A stretch of DNA of 64,000 nucleotides from Gnetum montanum (lineage: Eukaryota > Plantae > Gnetophyta): assembly GCA_015680685.1 (NCBI GenBank), contig MNCI01000668.1, positions 1,110,715 to 1,174,714 on the forward strand, given 5' to 3'. A program made the translations under genes and the position numbers. Positions 12,400-25,949 of this stretch are shown piece by piece. Every line of letters starts with the position of its first letter. The stretch's first letter is position 1. Under the pieces are notes generated by a model. That model did not search any database, was not told where the DNA came from, and saw only the letters and a list, made by a program, of their open reading frames with translations.

Positions 12400-13560
12400 T
12401 TTTTTATGTTTGTTAACTTCCATCTTATGAATGTTCATTTGTAGTTGATGTAGACTTCAGAAGCCCCATTGATCAACCTTCTAGGATAGTTAAGACAGTG
12501 AAGCCAGTAGACTTCATTTGTCCAATTGGTTAATCATGTGCAACAACTAATAGAATGATGTAGTTGCTTGTCAAAGGTAGTCTAGACACTGAGGTGCTTG
12601 TTATGTCACCATTTCTACCATTCATTCCCATAGGATTGTCTTTCAGGCCTATATACCAACTTGGGTGGAAATAATGGCTTGATGATGATGTTATTGATGT
12701 ATACATCATGTACCTTAAGTAACTTTAGAAATCTATTGTTGATTGTCAAGCCTCAGTAAAATATTTTTTATTTAATACTATGTTTCAAGCTTATGCAAAG
12801 TCCCTTAAGAGTTAGATGAAACCCAGAAAAAAGAACCCACTAACATATAAAGTAAAGAAACCCACCAAAAGACATGTCATCAATGTTGATACTGATACAG
12901 TTGTTGAAGAAGAGGTTGATGTGTTCATGGGAGACAAGAACTTCATTGAAGAGGTTAAAAAGAAAATTTACTAGGATGAATTTCTTAAATCAGGGCATCC
13001 ATTATTTTTCACCCTATTCAATATTGGTGGGCATTGGGTGCTTGTGGTTGTAAACACATCCACTGAAAAGATGTTTGTGTATGATTGGTTACCTTCTTTC
13101 CAACATGTAGTTGTTGTTCAAAAGTCAATGTTAAGTTTTATTGAATTTTTATTGAAAGTTGATTCTTCAATGTGTGAGACCACAACTGAGGTGAAGGGAA
13201 AATGAAAGAAGATACCTCCAAAATAAAGTAGAGTCGTTGTGTAAGGTATTCATATGCAAGAAAATGGTTATGATTGCAGCATGTATACAATAATGTTCAT
13301 ACACCATTTGGTTTTTGGAAAAGAAATAAAAGTCAACACTAAGTTTGTTTCTATGTATCGAAATTCTTAGTGTTTTAGTTCTTGATCAATCATGGATAAA
13401 CATATGTTTACAGCATCTTGTACATGAGGATGGTATTGAGCATGGTTGTTATAGAGTTTCTGATGATAAAAAAGCCAATGATGTAAATGCCTACTTGTCA
13501 TCTTTAATGAAAGGCAAATTTTTTGTAGATGGGATAACAATGTATTCATTTCAGGGTATT
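12400..13560 (+). pseudogene. Ulp1/C48 SUMO-protease-like pseudogene, probably transposon-borne
   Basis: WLDDDVIDVYIMYL (~12675), GHWVLVVVN..MFVYD (~13030-13085), QENGYDC (~13257-13279): His/Asp/Cys triad with stops and frameshifts. Confidence 0.8.
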
Positions 13561-13767
13561 CAGTTAGAAATATATATGGTTTTCATTTGTTCCATATTCT
13601 AATTATTATTATTATAAATTTTTAGAAATTGAATCTATATTGTATAACGTTCAATATGTATTTGTTGTCTTCAAAAAACAAATTTTCATAATATCTATTA
13701 GAAGTATGCATTTCATAGGCGCCTATGCACATTTCTTTAATTTAATGTGAATTTAATGTGTGGATGC

Positions 13768-14540
13768 TCAAGTGCGATGACATGCATTTCGCAGCACTCT
13801 CGCAATGTAGCTTATGCATGATGATGTAACTTGTAGTCTATCGTAGTACATGCAAATACGGTATGGTTTTCGCCTATATATTAGTGAAAATATGGACCTG
13901 CACATCGCATGAACATGCACTATAAAATGATCCAATTGCATGGTCTTGCGACTCACACAAAACATCAAGCTAATAGGATACTGCCATTCACATGTTATCG
14001 CATTGGGAAATAGAAACCTCATTATACCAATGTGAGCTAATGTGATCCACAGGCTATCACAATTTGAAATAGTAATATGTTTTTACCTCATTTTACTAGT
14101 GCGACGGGCTACAATCTGCAATCTGTCGCAGTACCAAACAATGCTTGTTGCAAGTAGCTACGATGTGCATGACTTAAGACATAGTTGCAGATGGCATGAT
14201 TTCATTGCTGAGTGCATAACAGAAGCCATTTTTTACTAGTGTGAGGTGATACAATCTGCATGATTTCAATGCTGAGTGTTTTGGTAGATCTTGTTGATAC
14301 CAACTGCAATTCGCATGCTATTGCAACCACCAACAGAAACCATTGTTTGACAATGCGATGGGATGTGATCCGCATGTGTATACAATGCGATGGGATGTGA
14401 TCCGCATGTGTATGCAAAGTTAAAGAAAAATAAAAGAGTGTGACCACAATGCTTGACACATTACTATACAATGAAAAATGTCAGTATCTGTGATCTACAT
14501 TTCAAAACACATAACCCGAACTGTGCGTGCATGCGAGATG
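13768..14540. repeat. Dispersed TGCGA/TCGCA motif region, possible DNA-transposon subterminal repeats
   Basis: Recurrent tgcga/tcgca; direct duplication of TGCGATGGGATGTGATCCGCATGTGTAT at ~14354-14413; TTTTACTAGTG (CACTA-like end) at 14091 and 14231. Confidence 0.4.
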
Positions 14541-15606
14541 CATGAGCTCACACTATGTACATTAATCATATTTGTTTGAAAATTTTTCTCCAAACCTCTT
14601 ATACATTTATCTTTTCTTACATATTTTCCTACATGAGATGGATATATTTATATTTATAAATGGTATAGGTCTTGACTAACTGCGAGCTATGACTCTTCAT
14701 GTATAGTATCTATACAATGTATATAGTAACTCAATGTGTAAGGCATATGAATTGATATTATGTATATAGTATATATCTTAGGCATGCTTTTACATATAGT
14801 AAGAATAGAGATTCATGTTATGTATGTTTTGGTTATGAGAATATACAGTGGTTTCTCATTATTTGTATTTAACATTTGATTTTTATCAAAGTGATTTATG
14901 GTCTTTTGCTATGTTATGTGATATGTCTACATGTATTGATCATTCAACTTACATGATTTGTGCTAGTGTTTGGGCCTTACATGAGCTAGGCTTAAGTTGG
15001 ATAAGAGGAGCATTATAGAATGGTATTAGAATAGGTTACTTCAATTATTATGAAATGTTGTGGTACTTACCTTTGTGATTACAAGTATTAGATATGTTGG
15101 GTAGACAAAGGTCAAGTAGCAATAACCATCATATTGATGAGGCTTAGATGTCTTCTGTTACATGTATGGTAGAGACATCAACAATGAGTTAGGCATAGGT
15201 GCCAATGATATCTATATTGACTTGGTAGGGTAGATCATACATTTAGTACAATAGTAGTAGCCTAGATAGGTGCTACCTCATCTTCTTCTAAAGTTATCTA
15301 GNCAGTAGCCTAGATAGGTGCTACCTCATCTTCTTCTAAAGTTATCTAGAAGGTTGGGAGTAGTAATGGTGTAGATTAACCAACTATTAAAAAGGTTGAT
15401 AGTGATAATGGACTAACCATATAAGAGGTTTGTAATGTAAAAATGTCCAAACTCATCAACATTAATTACTTTCTACAAAATTGTTCTTTACAAAAATGAC
15501 AAAAAAAAAACATGTTAGACATTCAAGTAATAGTTGATTGATTACATAAAAAACCATAATAATGTACATGGTTTTCAAAAAGACAAAAAACAAGTTAACA
15601 ATAACT

Positions 15607-17012
15607 CTATTTAGTGCCCTCTGTATGGGTATCCTCCTCCATAGCTTCTACAACACCAGTATTCATGAAATCCTTCTTAGTAACTATGTCATCAATCTAC
15701 TCAGCAAGGTTATCTACCCTTTGAGCCATATCCAATGGTCCTATCCCTTCTATGTCTTGTGGTGTGGCCATGCCCATCAACTCAAGATCAAGAGTGTCAT
15801 CTAGGAGCTCCCCGAATCCAATGTCTTCGTGCACTAGCTTCAACTGCTCAAATGTATGTTTAGCTAGTTTTCCATAGTTGATGGCAAGACAGGTTTGTCT
15901 CCTTTCCAAGAAGTCAAAATGTTAATGCATATGAAAGTCTAATGCATCCATGTGTGTCATTATTCGTACCTCCATTTCTTCCAAGTACTAAAAAATGGTA
16001 GCTCTATCTCTAAACTTTTGCTGCTACTATCGATGAGCATGGATAGCATGGTGTTGTTCATCCTCATCATAATACTAATCCCACCTAGCCTTGCCATCAT
16101 CCTATGACACTCGAGGATCAGGGAGCCATACCAAATCATTAAAACAAGTCTTAGGGACTATTAAGTATAAAATGCAAAACCCAAATGAGGCAATTGATCC
16201 TCACTAAATACTTGGACCTCCTTTGGATCATGATCTAGAGGATGAATCTACCAATGGCAAAAAATAGTAGATGTAATTGATGGAAAGGAATTGTGGATGC
16301 ATCTCTGGTAAGGGTTTGCATCCTCCTGATCAAAATGTGGGTGTAGTTCAATGAACATTCCCCCTCTAAATCAAGCAGGATCATTAACACAAAAGACATG
16401 ACATGCATGTAATGAGTGATAGCAAGGAGATTGGTGTGAATGGCCCTCACAAGAACTCTCCATTTAGGGGAGAAGTTCTTGTAGGACCAACTAGTGTCAT
16501 TTGACTCCACCTCGAGAACCATGACAAGCAACTATGTTTTTTTCTGAAGATGCAACAATAAAAAGTTTTGTGCACAATCCAATAGCCATGTTAATTGTGG
16601 CCACCATGATATTCTCTATCATTGGAAAGGCTAAATTACCTATGCATTCAACCATAGATGATGCTACACCTTGAATATGAGACATGTAGAAGTGACTTGC
16701 CTCCTCCTCGTAATATTCTAGCCAACCACTCATGATGAAGCCAAGGCATTGCTCAATTAGCTTGGCATGAATCTCTAGACATACCAACTACATCAATCAA
16801 AAGAAGTTTTTAGGGCTTCGTATTAGGGTTAATTTGAATTGCACTTGCCAACATTGATGTTCCTCTTGTTCCTTGCACTCCTAAGCCTAGCGATACTCAT
16901 CCTACTCTCTTTGAGAAACTTGTGTAATAGATTGGGTGGCCCAATTGTTGTTGATCTTATCTATGCATTCTTCCCTATTGGCCTTACAGTCTATTGAACT
17001 TTCTTCGGTCAT
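15607..17012 (-). pseudogene. Accessory-type transposon gene (Transposase_32/PMD-like N-terminus, coiled-coil C-terminus)
   Basis: LGFIMSGWLEYYEEEASHFY... and FSPKWRVLVRAIHTNLL...LNYTHILIRRMQ...TIPF. Acceptor TCTTTACAG (AG at 17033-17032) shortly before ATG 17012; candidate donor at 19620 and TATAAATA at 19778-19771. Confidence 0.5.
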
Positions 17013-20000
17013 TCTCCTATGTACTTTTGCTCTGTAAAGACAAAATGAAAAGCATTAAAAATTAAAAAACTTAAAAATCATGTAAAAGACCATTACATAT
17101 CAAAGCTTTCATCCTAGCCACCATACGTTTAATGCTCATAAAAATAATAGTAAATGAACAAAAGCAAACTTAGCTTTTCAAGAGAAAGTAGTAGCTACCC
17201 ATCGCTATAGTTAAATATGTTCTAACTAACTTTCCAATATCTTGACCATACATAATTTTTTAAAACATTCTGTAACTTGTCAACATTCACTAATTAATAA
17301 ACATATTTGTTTATCTTTCTATTTCTTTAATGTACTTAATACCACTTGCCAACTTGAAATACTCCTACTTACTAGATTTATAGTCGTCACCTTTCACCTT
17401 ATTCACATGCTACTAATGTAATAAGCCTAGTTATTTTGCAAGAGATTACCCAAATATTGCAACTAGATATGTTAGTAGTGGAGCAAGGGCAAGCTTTGCC
17501 AATTCAGGGATAGGTGGTAGTTCTACATCTTGCTAAAAGTGTGGTTAACCTAGTCACTAGGCAAGAGATTGTCCAGCTACTGTTGGTATCCCTTCTACCT
17601 ATGGAATGACTAGCCAAGGGATGCATGGATGCTATGGTGGTGCATACTAAGCCATCCAAACATTTTGTTTTGATTTACATGCTTGTGTTTTGTGCCATAT
17701 CATACCACTACAAAGCCATGTAAAGCTAATGTATTGAACAAATGTTTTACTTGTATTGAAGTGAGGTTTTTGAGTTTCTAGGAGCTTTTTGTTAATAAAA
17801 ATTTTATGTTAGTTTTCTTATTATTCTTTAAAATGGTAAAACTAGTAGTCTAATTCATGGTTAAACTTGTAGTCTAATAATGGTGTATACAAATTACTCA
17901 CTATCTGAAACTTTAATATTTATTTGTAGGAACTAAATTTGATAGGAAAAATCAAAGTTTATTATACTTGATTGTGCTTTTGTTGATTTTATTTAAAGCA
18001 TGATGTTGTATGTTGTGGGTTTTTTGTTTGATGAACATCTAATTACTGTGGTTTTGTGCTCATTTTAGTGTTGCATGATGACTAGTGGAGTTTTGTACAA
18101 ATAGCTATGTATTTTTGTATTTGGTAGATGTTAGTACAAAACAAAATATTGTATTTTCTTCAGTGTTGTTATAATGAGAGGTTGCTAAACTATTGTAAAA
18201 AAGACTTCTTGGAGATGTTTTTGCATTCCAAACAATTTTGATTATGTGAACATAGTAAAGTAGGGAGAGAGTTTTGTTATGGTAGATCCCAAATACCAAA
18301 AAATTTAATGTGAAGGTAGGAAGTCTTCATAATTAGCAGCACATCATCTTGGACTTTGAAGATAAAGGCATATAGGCTTGGAAGATGATTAATTTGGAAC
18401 CTCTAGGACAAGAAGAACATTGGCTCATGCCTTACATTACTTTTTTGATTCAAGAGTGGAAGATTAGAGATATTATAGAAGAGGTATTTATGAATGTGGG
18501 AAAAAATCACAATATGAAAAATGTTGCTAACAACTTAGCAAAGACCATAACAATGCAAAAATAAGGCTTTTGCAAGAAAGACCTCATACTAAGAGAAACA
18601 TGAGCTTAAATGAAGTTAGAAAATAGTGTAGCTCTTATTCTTTAAGATTGAACTAATTTGTCTTTGTACAATGAATCCAAATCTTGTACTTTAAATAGTT
18701 CTTTTTTTTCTTTAAAAAAGGTTTTTCCCTTGTAATATTTAAAGCAATTTTTATAATCTTAACTCTATGATATAAAGGAAAATCTAGAGGATTTTTTAAT
18801 ACATCCAAGATTGTAATTTCAACAAGTTCTAGAGGATTGTGAAAACCCTACAAGGGCTATACAAAAAGATTGGTTATATGTGTTTGGAATGCCTGTTGGG
18901 CTTGGATGGGTGTTGTACTTGGGGATTAGTTTGCCTTAGTTTTCTTTAATGCAAGAATTCTCCACTACTTTCCCATGGGTTTTCTTTTTTATTTTACATT
19001 TAATCTATAGCATTCATAGTGTCAAATGCACCATCCTAAAATCCTAAAGATTCTTTTACTATTTTCTTTGCAACTCAACACTTCTTTGCTTGAATTTCTC
19101 TACTTTTTCACAACTTCCAAGTCAAAAGACAAATTATCCATGAATCTTAAAAGGAAAAAATCGTCCAAAAAAAATTGAATACTAACTTGGAGTAGCTTGT
19201 ACAAAGGAAAATCATCCCAAGGTTAAAAAAGAAGAAAATATCCACAATTTGATAAATTCTTAGAAAGGAGAAATAATATGAGGTTAAATATTGCTCAATG
19301 GCTTCTATCCATGTATGGTGGGCAGTCAATGCTAAAATATTAATAAGGTAACATATAACTAATCATTGATGTAGCCAATGTTAAATAGACATGTTAAATT
19401 GTCACTACGAATTCTCCCCTACAACCATGGTTCTACCCAAAAAAATTACAATTGAAACAATCTTGAACAACAATCAAGCAAACTTTGAGCATAATTAAGC
19501 AAATAAATTGTGTATACTATCTTACACCTCTTTGAAAGTTTTCATTGCATCAAGTTGTAGAAAATCCTATGAGGCTAAATTCAAAACAACAATTCAAAAA
19601 ATGAGCAGACATGAACTTACCCTATTCATTGTTGTTGTTTGTGCTTAGGATTTGTGTTGTTAGCTATCAATAGTGGCACTAGCAATATCCCTCTCAGTGC
19701 ACTCGCATTCTCTATGGTCAGCTGCGTGTGATGTTTAAATAGTTAAAATGTGATTTTTTCACAATGGCCCTATTTATATTTTTTCATATTTCACACAATG
19801 CGAGTTGGTGCGATTCACATCTACATCACATTTTAAAATTGTTAGATCCATCTCATAAGAAATACTACAGGATGTAGTTCAATGAAACAGTGCAACCTTC
19901 TTATGGAAAGCATAGACCTAATAGTTTATGATACCAAAGTGCATCTCATAGCAAATGGTTAGAATCATAGTTTAACAATATAGTTCAAGTCGCACTTGGT

Positions 20001-20039
20001 CATAGAATTAGGTCAATTGCTAGTCTTTATCTAGGGGTT

Positions 20040-20890
20040 TTTATTATCCATACTAAAATATGGTGGTGGTTTTCTTATTGTCATTCTTGTTTGGAGGCCA
20101 GGAAGATCTCTAGGATTTTCTTTTGGTATTCTTGGAGTAGAAAATAATTCTTGTTCTTTAGAATCTAAAGATCTATCACTCATTGATTCATCCTAATTGG
20201 CATTAATTTTTTCAATTTTTATTTCTTGATTTGAGTCTTCTCCTACATTTTTCCCTTTTTCTTCCCTAGAAATTATATGTGTAGGTCTTCGTCTAGAACA
20301 GGATTTTCTAGAGGATGAAGATTTCTTTTTTTGAAGATTTTGGTGATATTGGTGGAGAACCAAGATATAATTCTTCATCAACTTTTGGTTTAGGTTTCTT
20401 AGGTTTTGATGTTGATGAAGTAGATGTTTTATTATTCTTCTTTTCCATCCATATTTTGTGAACTTCTACTAAATCATGCTTAATTTCTCTAAGGTCTACA
20501 TGAGCTAACAAATTCTAGTCACTAATATAACTAAGTTACTATTTGTCCAGTTGTGTAGTCTAATAACATCTAACAGAACCTCTTTGATTGGTTTATATTG
20601 CATAGCATGAACTTTTTCTTCTTTCTCTTCTTGGTTCATATTAATTCTCAAAAGTTCATCACATTCTATACATCTAAACTCTTTATCTAGCTTCTGAATG
20701 TTTTGGTATACATATTCTTGAGATGTAGATGAGGTTATTTCAACTACAGGAGGTTCTTCATTAGAGGATGACACTTCTATTATTTTAGTTTTTCCCTTAG
20801 GATCTATACTCATGGATTCTAGTTTTTCTTTTTTGAAAAACATTCTTGGATCTATTTGTATTCCTATTTCCTTAAACACCCTTTACATTC
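20040..20890 (-). pseudogene. Degenerate K/E/S-rich ORF fragments, likely TE accessory ORF
   Basis: Overlapping ORFs 20193-20879 with PKGKTK and low-complexity charged segments; no family recognised. Confidence 0.3.
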
Positions 20891-20899
20891 TTTCTAGTC

Positions 20900-23637
20900 C
20901 GCTATGATGCTAAAATGGCACCGTCCAATGGGTTATGATAGAAAAATAACCCACGATAGTTCACTATGACTATAAACTAGTAGCGTCATCTCTAGCCTCC
21001 CGATTTGTAGCTGCATTCAAACTTCATCAGAGCTGCTGCTTCACTCATCATCAGTTGATCCTAACAACATTGCTACCATTCATATTCAGTGCATGAAATC
21101 TCATTTGGTGCCTTTATTTCATCAGTCACATTCATGTCTAAAGTGTTTGCTAACTCATTCACTTGTGGTTTTCTTGTCTTCTTGGAGTTGTATTTGCAGG
21201 ATGACACCCAGTGATGCTCGTACACGGATACACTTCATCATGGTGACAAGGTGCCACATTGTTTCTGATGCACGCAACCAGGTTAATCAATCTGTTCAAA
21301 AGTACATTCCTAGTTCCCAATACATTCTCCATTTCCCCAACAATCTTGTTCCCTGTCCTACCCAGTCACAGTTCCCAGATACACCCAGTGCACCCAAAAC
21401 TTTGAGCATGCGGTTTCATGCTGCGACACTCAAGCAGTTGCAACACACAACACGACACATGAGCATGAGTGTAAAATTGAAAGAATGCTCTTTCCAAAAA
21501 AAATGAAAAAAGAAAAAAAATGAAAAGGAATAGAAAAGAAAAATAAAAATAAAAGAAAAAAGAGCAAAGATCAAAATGAACCACAAGCCCTTGGCACTTC
21601 CCATACAAGCCCCAAGTGGGAAGACAGTGGTCTTGGAAAGAACCGTTCGTGTCTCACACCATCATGTTTCATCTCACTACGTGGCTTTGGCTGTCAGACA
21701 ATGGGTTCCCTTAGACACTCTACAAGGGTCTTGTTTCTCCAAAGACCACATCATCTCATCGCGTGACTTTGGTCGTGACAACAAGTTCTCTTAAACCTAA
21801 TACAAGAGTCTTGTTCCTTCAAAGGATGCACACCTCATACCTTGGTTCCAAGTCTACCAAACATTGGCCATCGACAAGGAACAACATGACTTGTTTGCAC
21901 AAATATGAACACTCCTCTCCCACACTAGCAAAATTCCTTAATCAATTCCCAACCCCCTAGACATCATCTCAAAACTTCATTTCCCAATCCCAAGTACTTC
22001 TAAACATGGTGCGAGGACATCTAGCCAAGTGTCAAAGGACAATGCCACTAAGTTGCTTATGGTGTTTTGTACTTCTTTTTTAATGCCTCTCAGGTCGATT
22101 CCTCCAAGCATCAACAAAGAGGGACCAATGAAACACCACAAAAATTTTGGCTAACACTTGTAGACAGAAATTGAGCTAAGTCATGACCAAGCTTGAAAGC
22201 CTCAAAAATAGCATCAAACAGAGCAAAAATTGAACAAGCAAGAGTTCCCCGAGATCCATTGGAGACTACATCAACATCTAGCAACAAGAACTACAGGTTT
22301 CAAACTCAAAACACTTAGTTTTGACTAAGTATACTTCTTACACACAGGCCTGCATGCCCAGCATGCAGCTCAGCGTGTAGCAAATTTTCAGCTCCAAAAA
22401 TGAGTCAAAACATGTTAGAATTGAGCGTCTAGACCCCCCAAGACCTTCCCAAGGGTTCCCAACAGCTCTCAGGCACTTGAAATTCAACTTTTGGGCTCCA
22501 AATGATGGGTTTTCATGCCTGCACGTTGGCTTGCACGCCCAGCATGCACGCCTAGCGTGTACCATCACAAATAGACCAAAACAGACACTCATAGCATGAT
22601 TTTCATAGCCAGTCAACTCCTAGAGGTAGGGAAACTATCAGGCATCATCCTAGGCTCCCAAAAATCAAGTTTTAACTTTGAAAAGTGGCACTTTCCTACC
22701 TGTACGTTGGATTGCACGCCCAACGTGTACGCCCAGCATGCATCCCAGCATGCACCATTTTGAATAGGGTTGATCGGGCATTTTAGGCAAGATTTTGACA
22801 TGGAATCAGCCCCCCAAGCATGGTCAATGAATCTACAAGTCCACTGGCTCCAGAAACATCAATTTTAGGCATCAGAAGGGTCATTTTTGGCCCTGCACGC
22901 CCAGCATGCACACCCAGCGTGTACACGCTAGCACACCGCACACTTGTAAAGTTTCATTCTGTTGCACTCAGTCGATGCTCCACATGTCACTAGATCCAAA
23001 ATTCCATCATCCCATAGCCAATAATCTCATCTCAAATCTGAGTTTAACACCAAAGCCTGTACAAAAACCTGGATTTTTGACCAGATAAGGATTCGGAAAA
23101 TTGAGGAATCTGAAAAAAAAATTTGGGCAATTTGCGCTAAGAACATCCAGAACACCCATCCTGTACACTGGACTTCTACCCTGCACACTGAGCATACAGC
23201 GTCCATGCTATGCCTACAATTTAAACTAGCATACCATCACCCCTCTGCATCCACTGGGGCTCTTTGTCCGCCTTGTGCCAGATCCACAACTGCGTTTAGA
23301 CCGGTGCATTGTAATTTTCATCATGCAATAATATTGCTACATTTTTGGCTAAGATTTGCTACAGTTTTCATTCGTTCTTGCTTACCTCTTTTTTACATCC
23401 CTACATGTTTACATTCAGGTTTACATTTATTACTCCATTTACCCATAACCCAACGTATTCCACATTGGTATACGTTCGGGGAAATCCTTGTCTGATCCAC
23501 GTGCGGACCACCCAAGGTACTCTACCTTTGTCAGTTCCAGTTCACCCTCAAGAAAAGGTAGGGTCTTCTATGCCTATTTGTAGATCTCTTGGTGTCTTTT
23601 TTATTCCAACCAGGCACCAAAGATTTCAGACAGTACA
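20900..23637 (+). mobile_element. 3' fragment of a Tat-like LTR element (internal non-coding part, PPT, 3' LTR 22129-23637)
   Basis: PPT-like AAAGAGGGAC at 22116-22125, then TGAAACACC...AGTACA homologous to LTR 6725-8072; U3 array of GCACGCCCAGCATGCAC variants 22340-22940. Left boundary approximate. Confidence 0.72.
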
Positions 23638-25287
23638 AGGGTGCTTGTCGTTTGTTAAGTCTTGTGTTAAGTGCATACAGCCCGGACTCTTGTAGATGTG
23701 AGATTATTGGGCAACATCCCTTAGGATGGTCATATTGGTAGATCTCACATCCACCATCATTGTCTATATCAAAATCCACAGCCTCATTAGTGATAGTCAT
23801 TTTTCCCTTACCCTTGTTACATGCATAGTTTAAATCTCTCCTCTTTTTCTTATCATGGTTACTACTTCGCTCCTCCTTAGACTCCTCTAGGATTTTTAGG
23901 ACAGTTCCGATTTTACTATCTAAGGAGCTCCATATTTGATCTACCTTAGCTGACACTTCTGTTGTTAATTTCTGAAGAGGAAAGGTTTTTCTATTCACCA
24001 ACTCTTTGAGTGGTGACTCATCCTCCTCCTCATAGAATCTCACTCATCTCTTTCAGAGGGAAGGATCACAGTTGTACTCTTCTGCGCTTTCTCTTTTCTG
24101 TAGCTCTCATTCTTCTTTAGCTACTTGATCCAACAATCTATGAACTTCACGGGACCTAAGTTCTAATAATCTCCCTTGGGAATTGTTGGCGACCATTTGG
24201 GACACGACCGCCAATGAGTATCCTCGAATAGGATTTAGGTGCTTGCTGGTCTCTGGCAACACTAAGGCCCAGATACCTCCAAATAAACTCAGTAGTTAAT
24301 GTGAGTATGTGTGTACGCTGTTGTAGCATGTGGTTGTGAAAAAATGAAACGATTGCGTTGTGTGTAAACTACAAATAACTTATCTTAAAGAGGTTCAGCC
24401 AACTTTGCCAAGTATTGTGAGTTGTTGAGAGTTCCTATTTTGCTCAATTGCCTAGTCTATGCAGTCCTTATAATAACTACTTGTAACAAATAAAATTTTG
24501 CAAAAACATTTGAGCACAACTCTGCAAATCTACTCCTAATTTTCCCTAGAGAAAGAGAAAGTTCCACAAGAAAACTAGAAATAGAGTAAGATTCGATGGA
24601 AATAGACAAAAAAGAAAGCAGATTTGTATGGACCTCAAATATTTAAACAAGGAAAAATGACATGAGTAAACACTTTGCAATAAATCTATTCAAAATTCAA
24701 TATCTATGAATTGTTCAAACTTCCAAGGCTCAAATAAGCAATTTCTTCAAGACAATCCTACTATGCTACCAAANNNNNNNNNNNNNNNNNNNNNNNNNNN
24801 NNNNNNNNNNNNNNNNNNNNNNNNNNNNNNNNNNNNNNNNNNNNNNNNNNNNNNNNNNNNNNNNNNNNNNNNNNNNNNNNNNNNNNNNNNNNNNNNNNNN
24901 NNNNNNNNNNNNNNNNNNNNNNNNNNNNNNNNNNNNNNNNNNNNNNNNNNNNNNNNNNNNNNNNNNNNNNNNNNNNNNNNNNNNNNNNNNNNNNNNNNNN
25001 NNNNNNNNNNNNNNNNNNNNNNNNNNNNNTAAAAAACATAACCCACAAAACTATGACAAAGAGGCTGAAATATTTCCTTTAGCAAGCCATCTTACAAGCA
25101 ATCTTCTTTACAAATATTCCAAGTGTGTGTCTCCAAGTGAGAGCTCCCAAAAGTGTTCTAAAAATGAGACCCCAATATGTTCCTTCCTCCTTGACCCCTA
25201 AAGCCTTTTTATAGGGGTTTAAAGGTAGGTAGGGAAGTTACAAAATATCTTAGGTGGTTTAACCACCATAGAGACAAAAAAGCTACA

Positions 25288-25475
25288 GTTGACAAGTGTC
25301 CCATGTAGTTGCCAAGTGTCTTCATTCAGTTGCCAAGTGTTCACCATGGAGAGAAACAAGTTGCAGTTGACAAGTGGCCTTTTTAGTTGACAAGTGGCCT
25401 TTGTGGAGATAAAGAGGTTGTAGTTGACAAGTGGCCTTTGTGGTGGTTATAACCACCATTTTAATTGACAAGTGT
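25288..25475. repeat. GTTG(A/C)CAAGTG motif array in the U3 of the nested LTR
   Basis: About 7 copies upstream (minus strand) of TATAAAAA at 25206-25213; LTR starts TGTTGG at 25708. Confidence 0.75.
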
Positions 25476-25949
25476 TCAATTCACATGGGACTTTGAACAA
25501 TTGTTGCACAATTTCCCTTTTTAAAGCATAAACTATTTTATTGTTATTTACATCATAGTAGTAACTATCATAGGAAGTTACAACTTCCATATGAATAAAA
25601 GGGATAATAGGCAAATGTCTCTTTGTCCCTAAATAATAGGTGTTTGTTGTTTTTCTAAAAGAAAATTTCATTATCACTGAAAATTATACTACTTGCTAAT
25701 GTCCAACAACTGAAGTAGAGAAGGAAAGAGGTCCAACGAATGATGCAGGTGTGGCATGACCTAGGAATTAACAAATTTGCAGCAACAACAAATCTCACAT
25801 GAGGATGTTCATGACTCGTTACTTGTAGGAGTGGAGCTAGTGGGGACCATAGGAGATGACGGTGGTGTCGTTAGGGCTTGATCCAGGCCATGAATTTTAT
25901 TCACTTGAAGCATTGTTCTATGTTCATATTCCTCTCGCAAGAACCTACA

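Noticed and set aside
15257-15350. Perfect ~46-bp direct repeat
   Set aside because: Copies flank a single N, typical of a contig-overlap artefact
14480-15450. Possible decayed chromovirus LTR with tRNA-Met PBS (TGGTATTAGA at ~15021)
   Set aside because: Too degenerate; no partner LTR or coding motif to confirm
18000-19400. Degenerate coding-like stretch inside the presumed intron
   Set aside because: No recognisable motif
24706-25085. ORFs spanning N runs (also 47907-48203)
   Set aside because: Artefacts of assembly gaps
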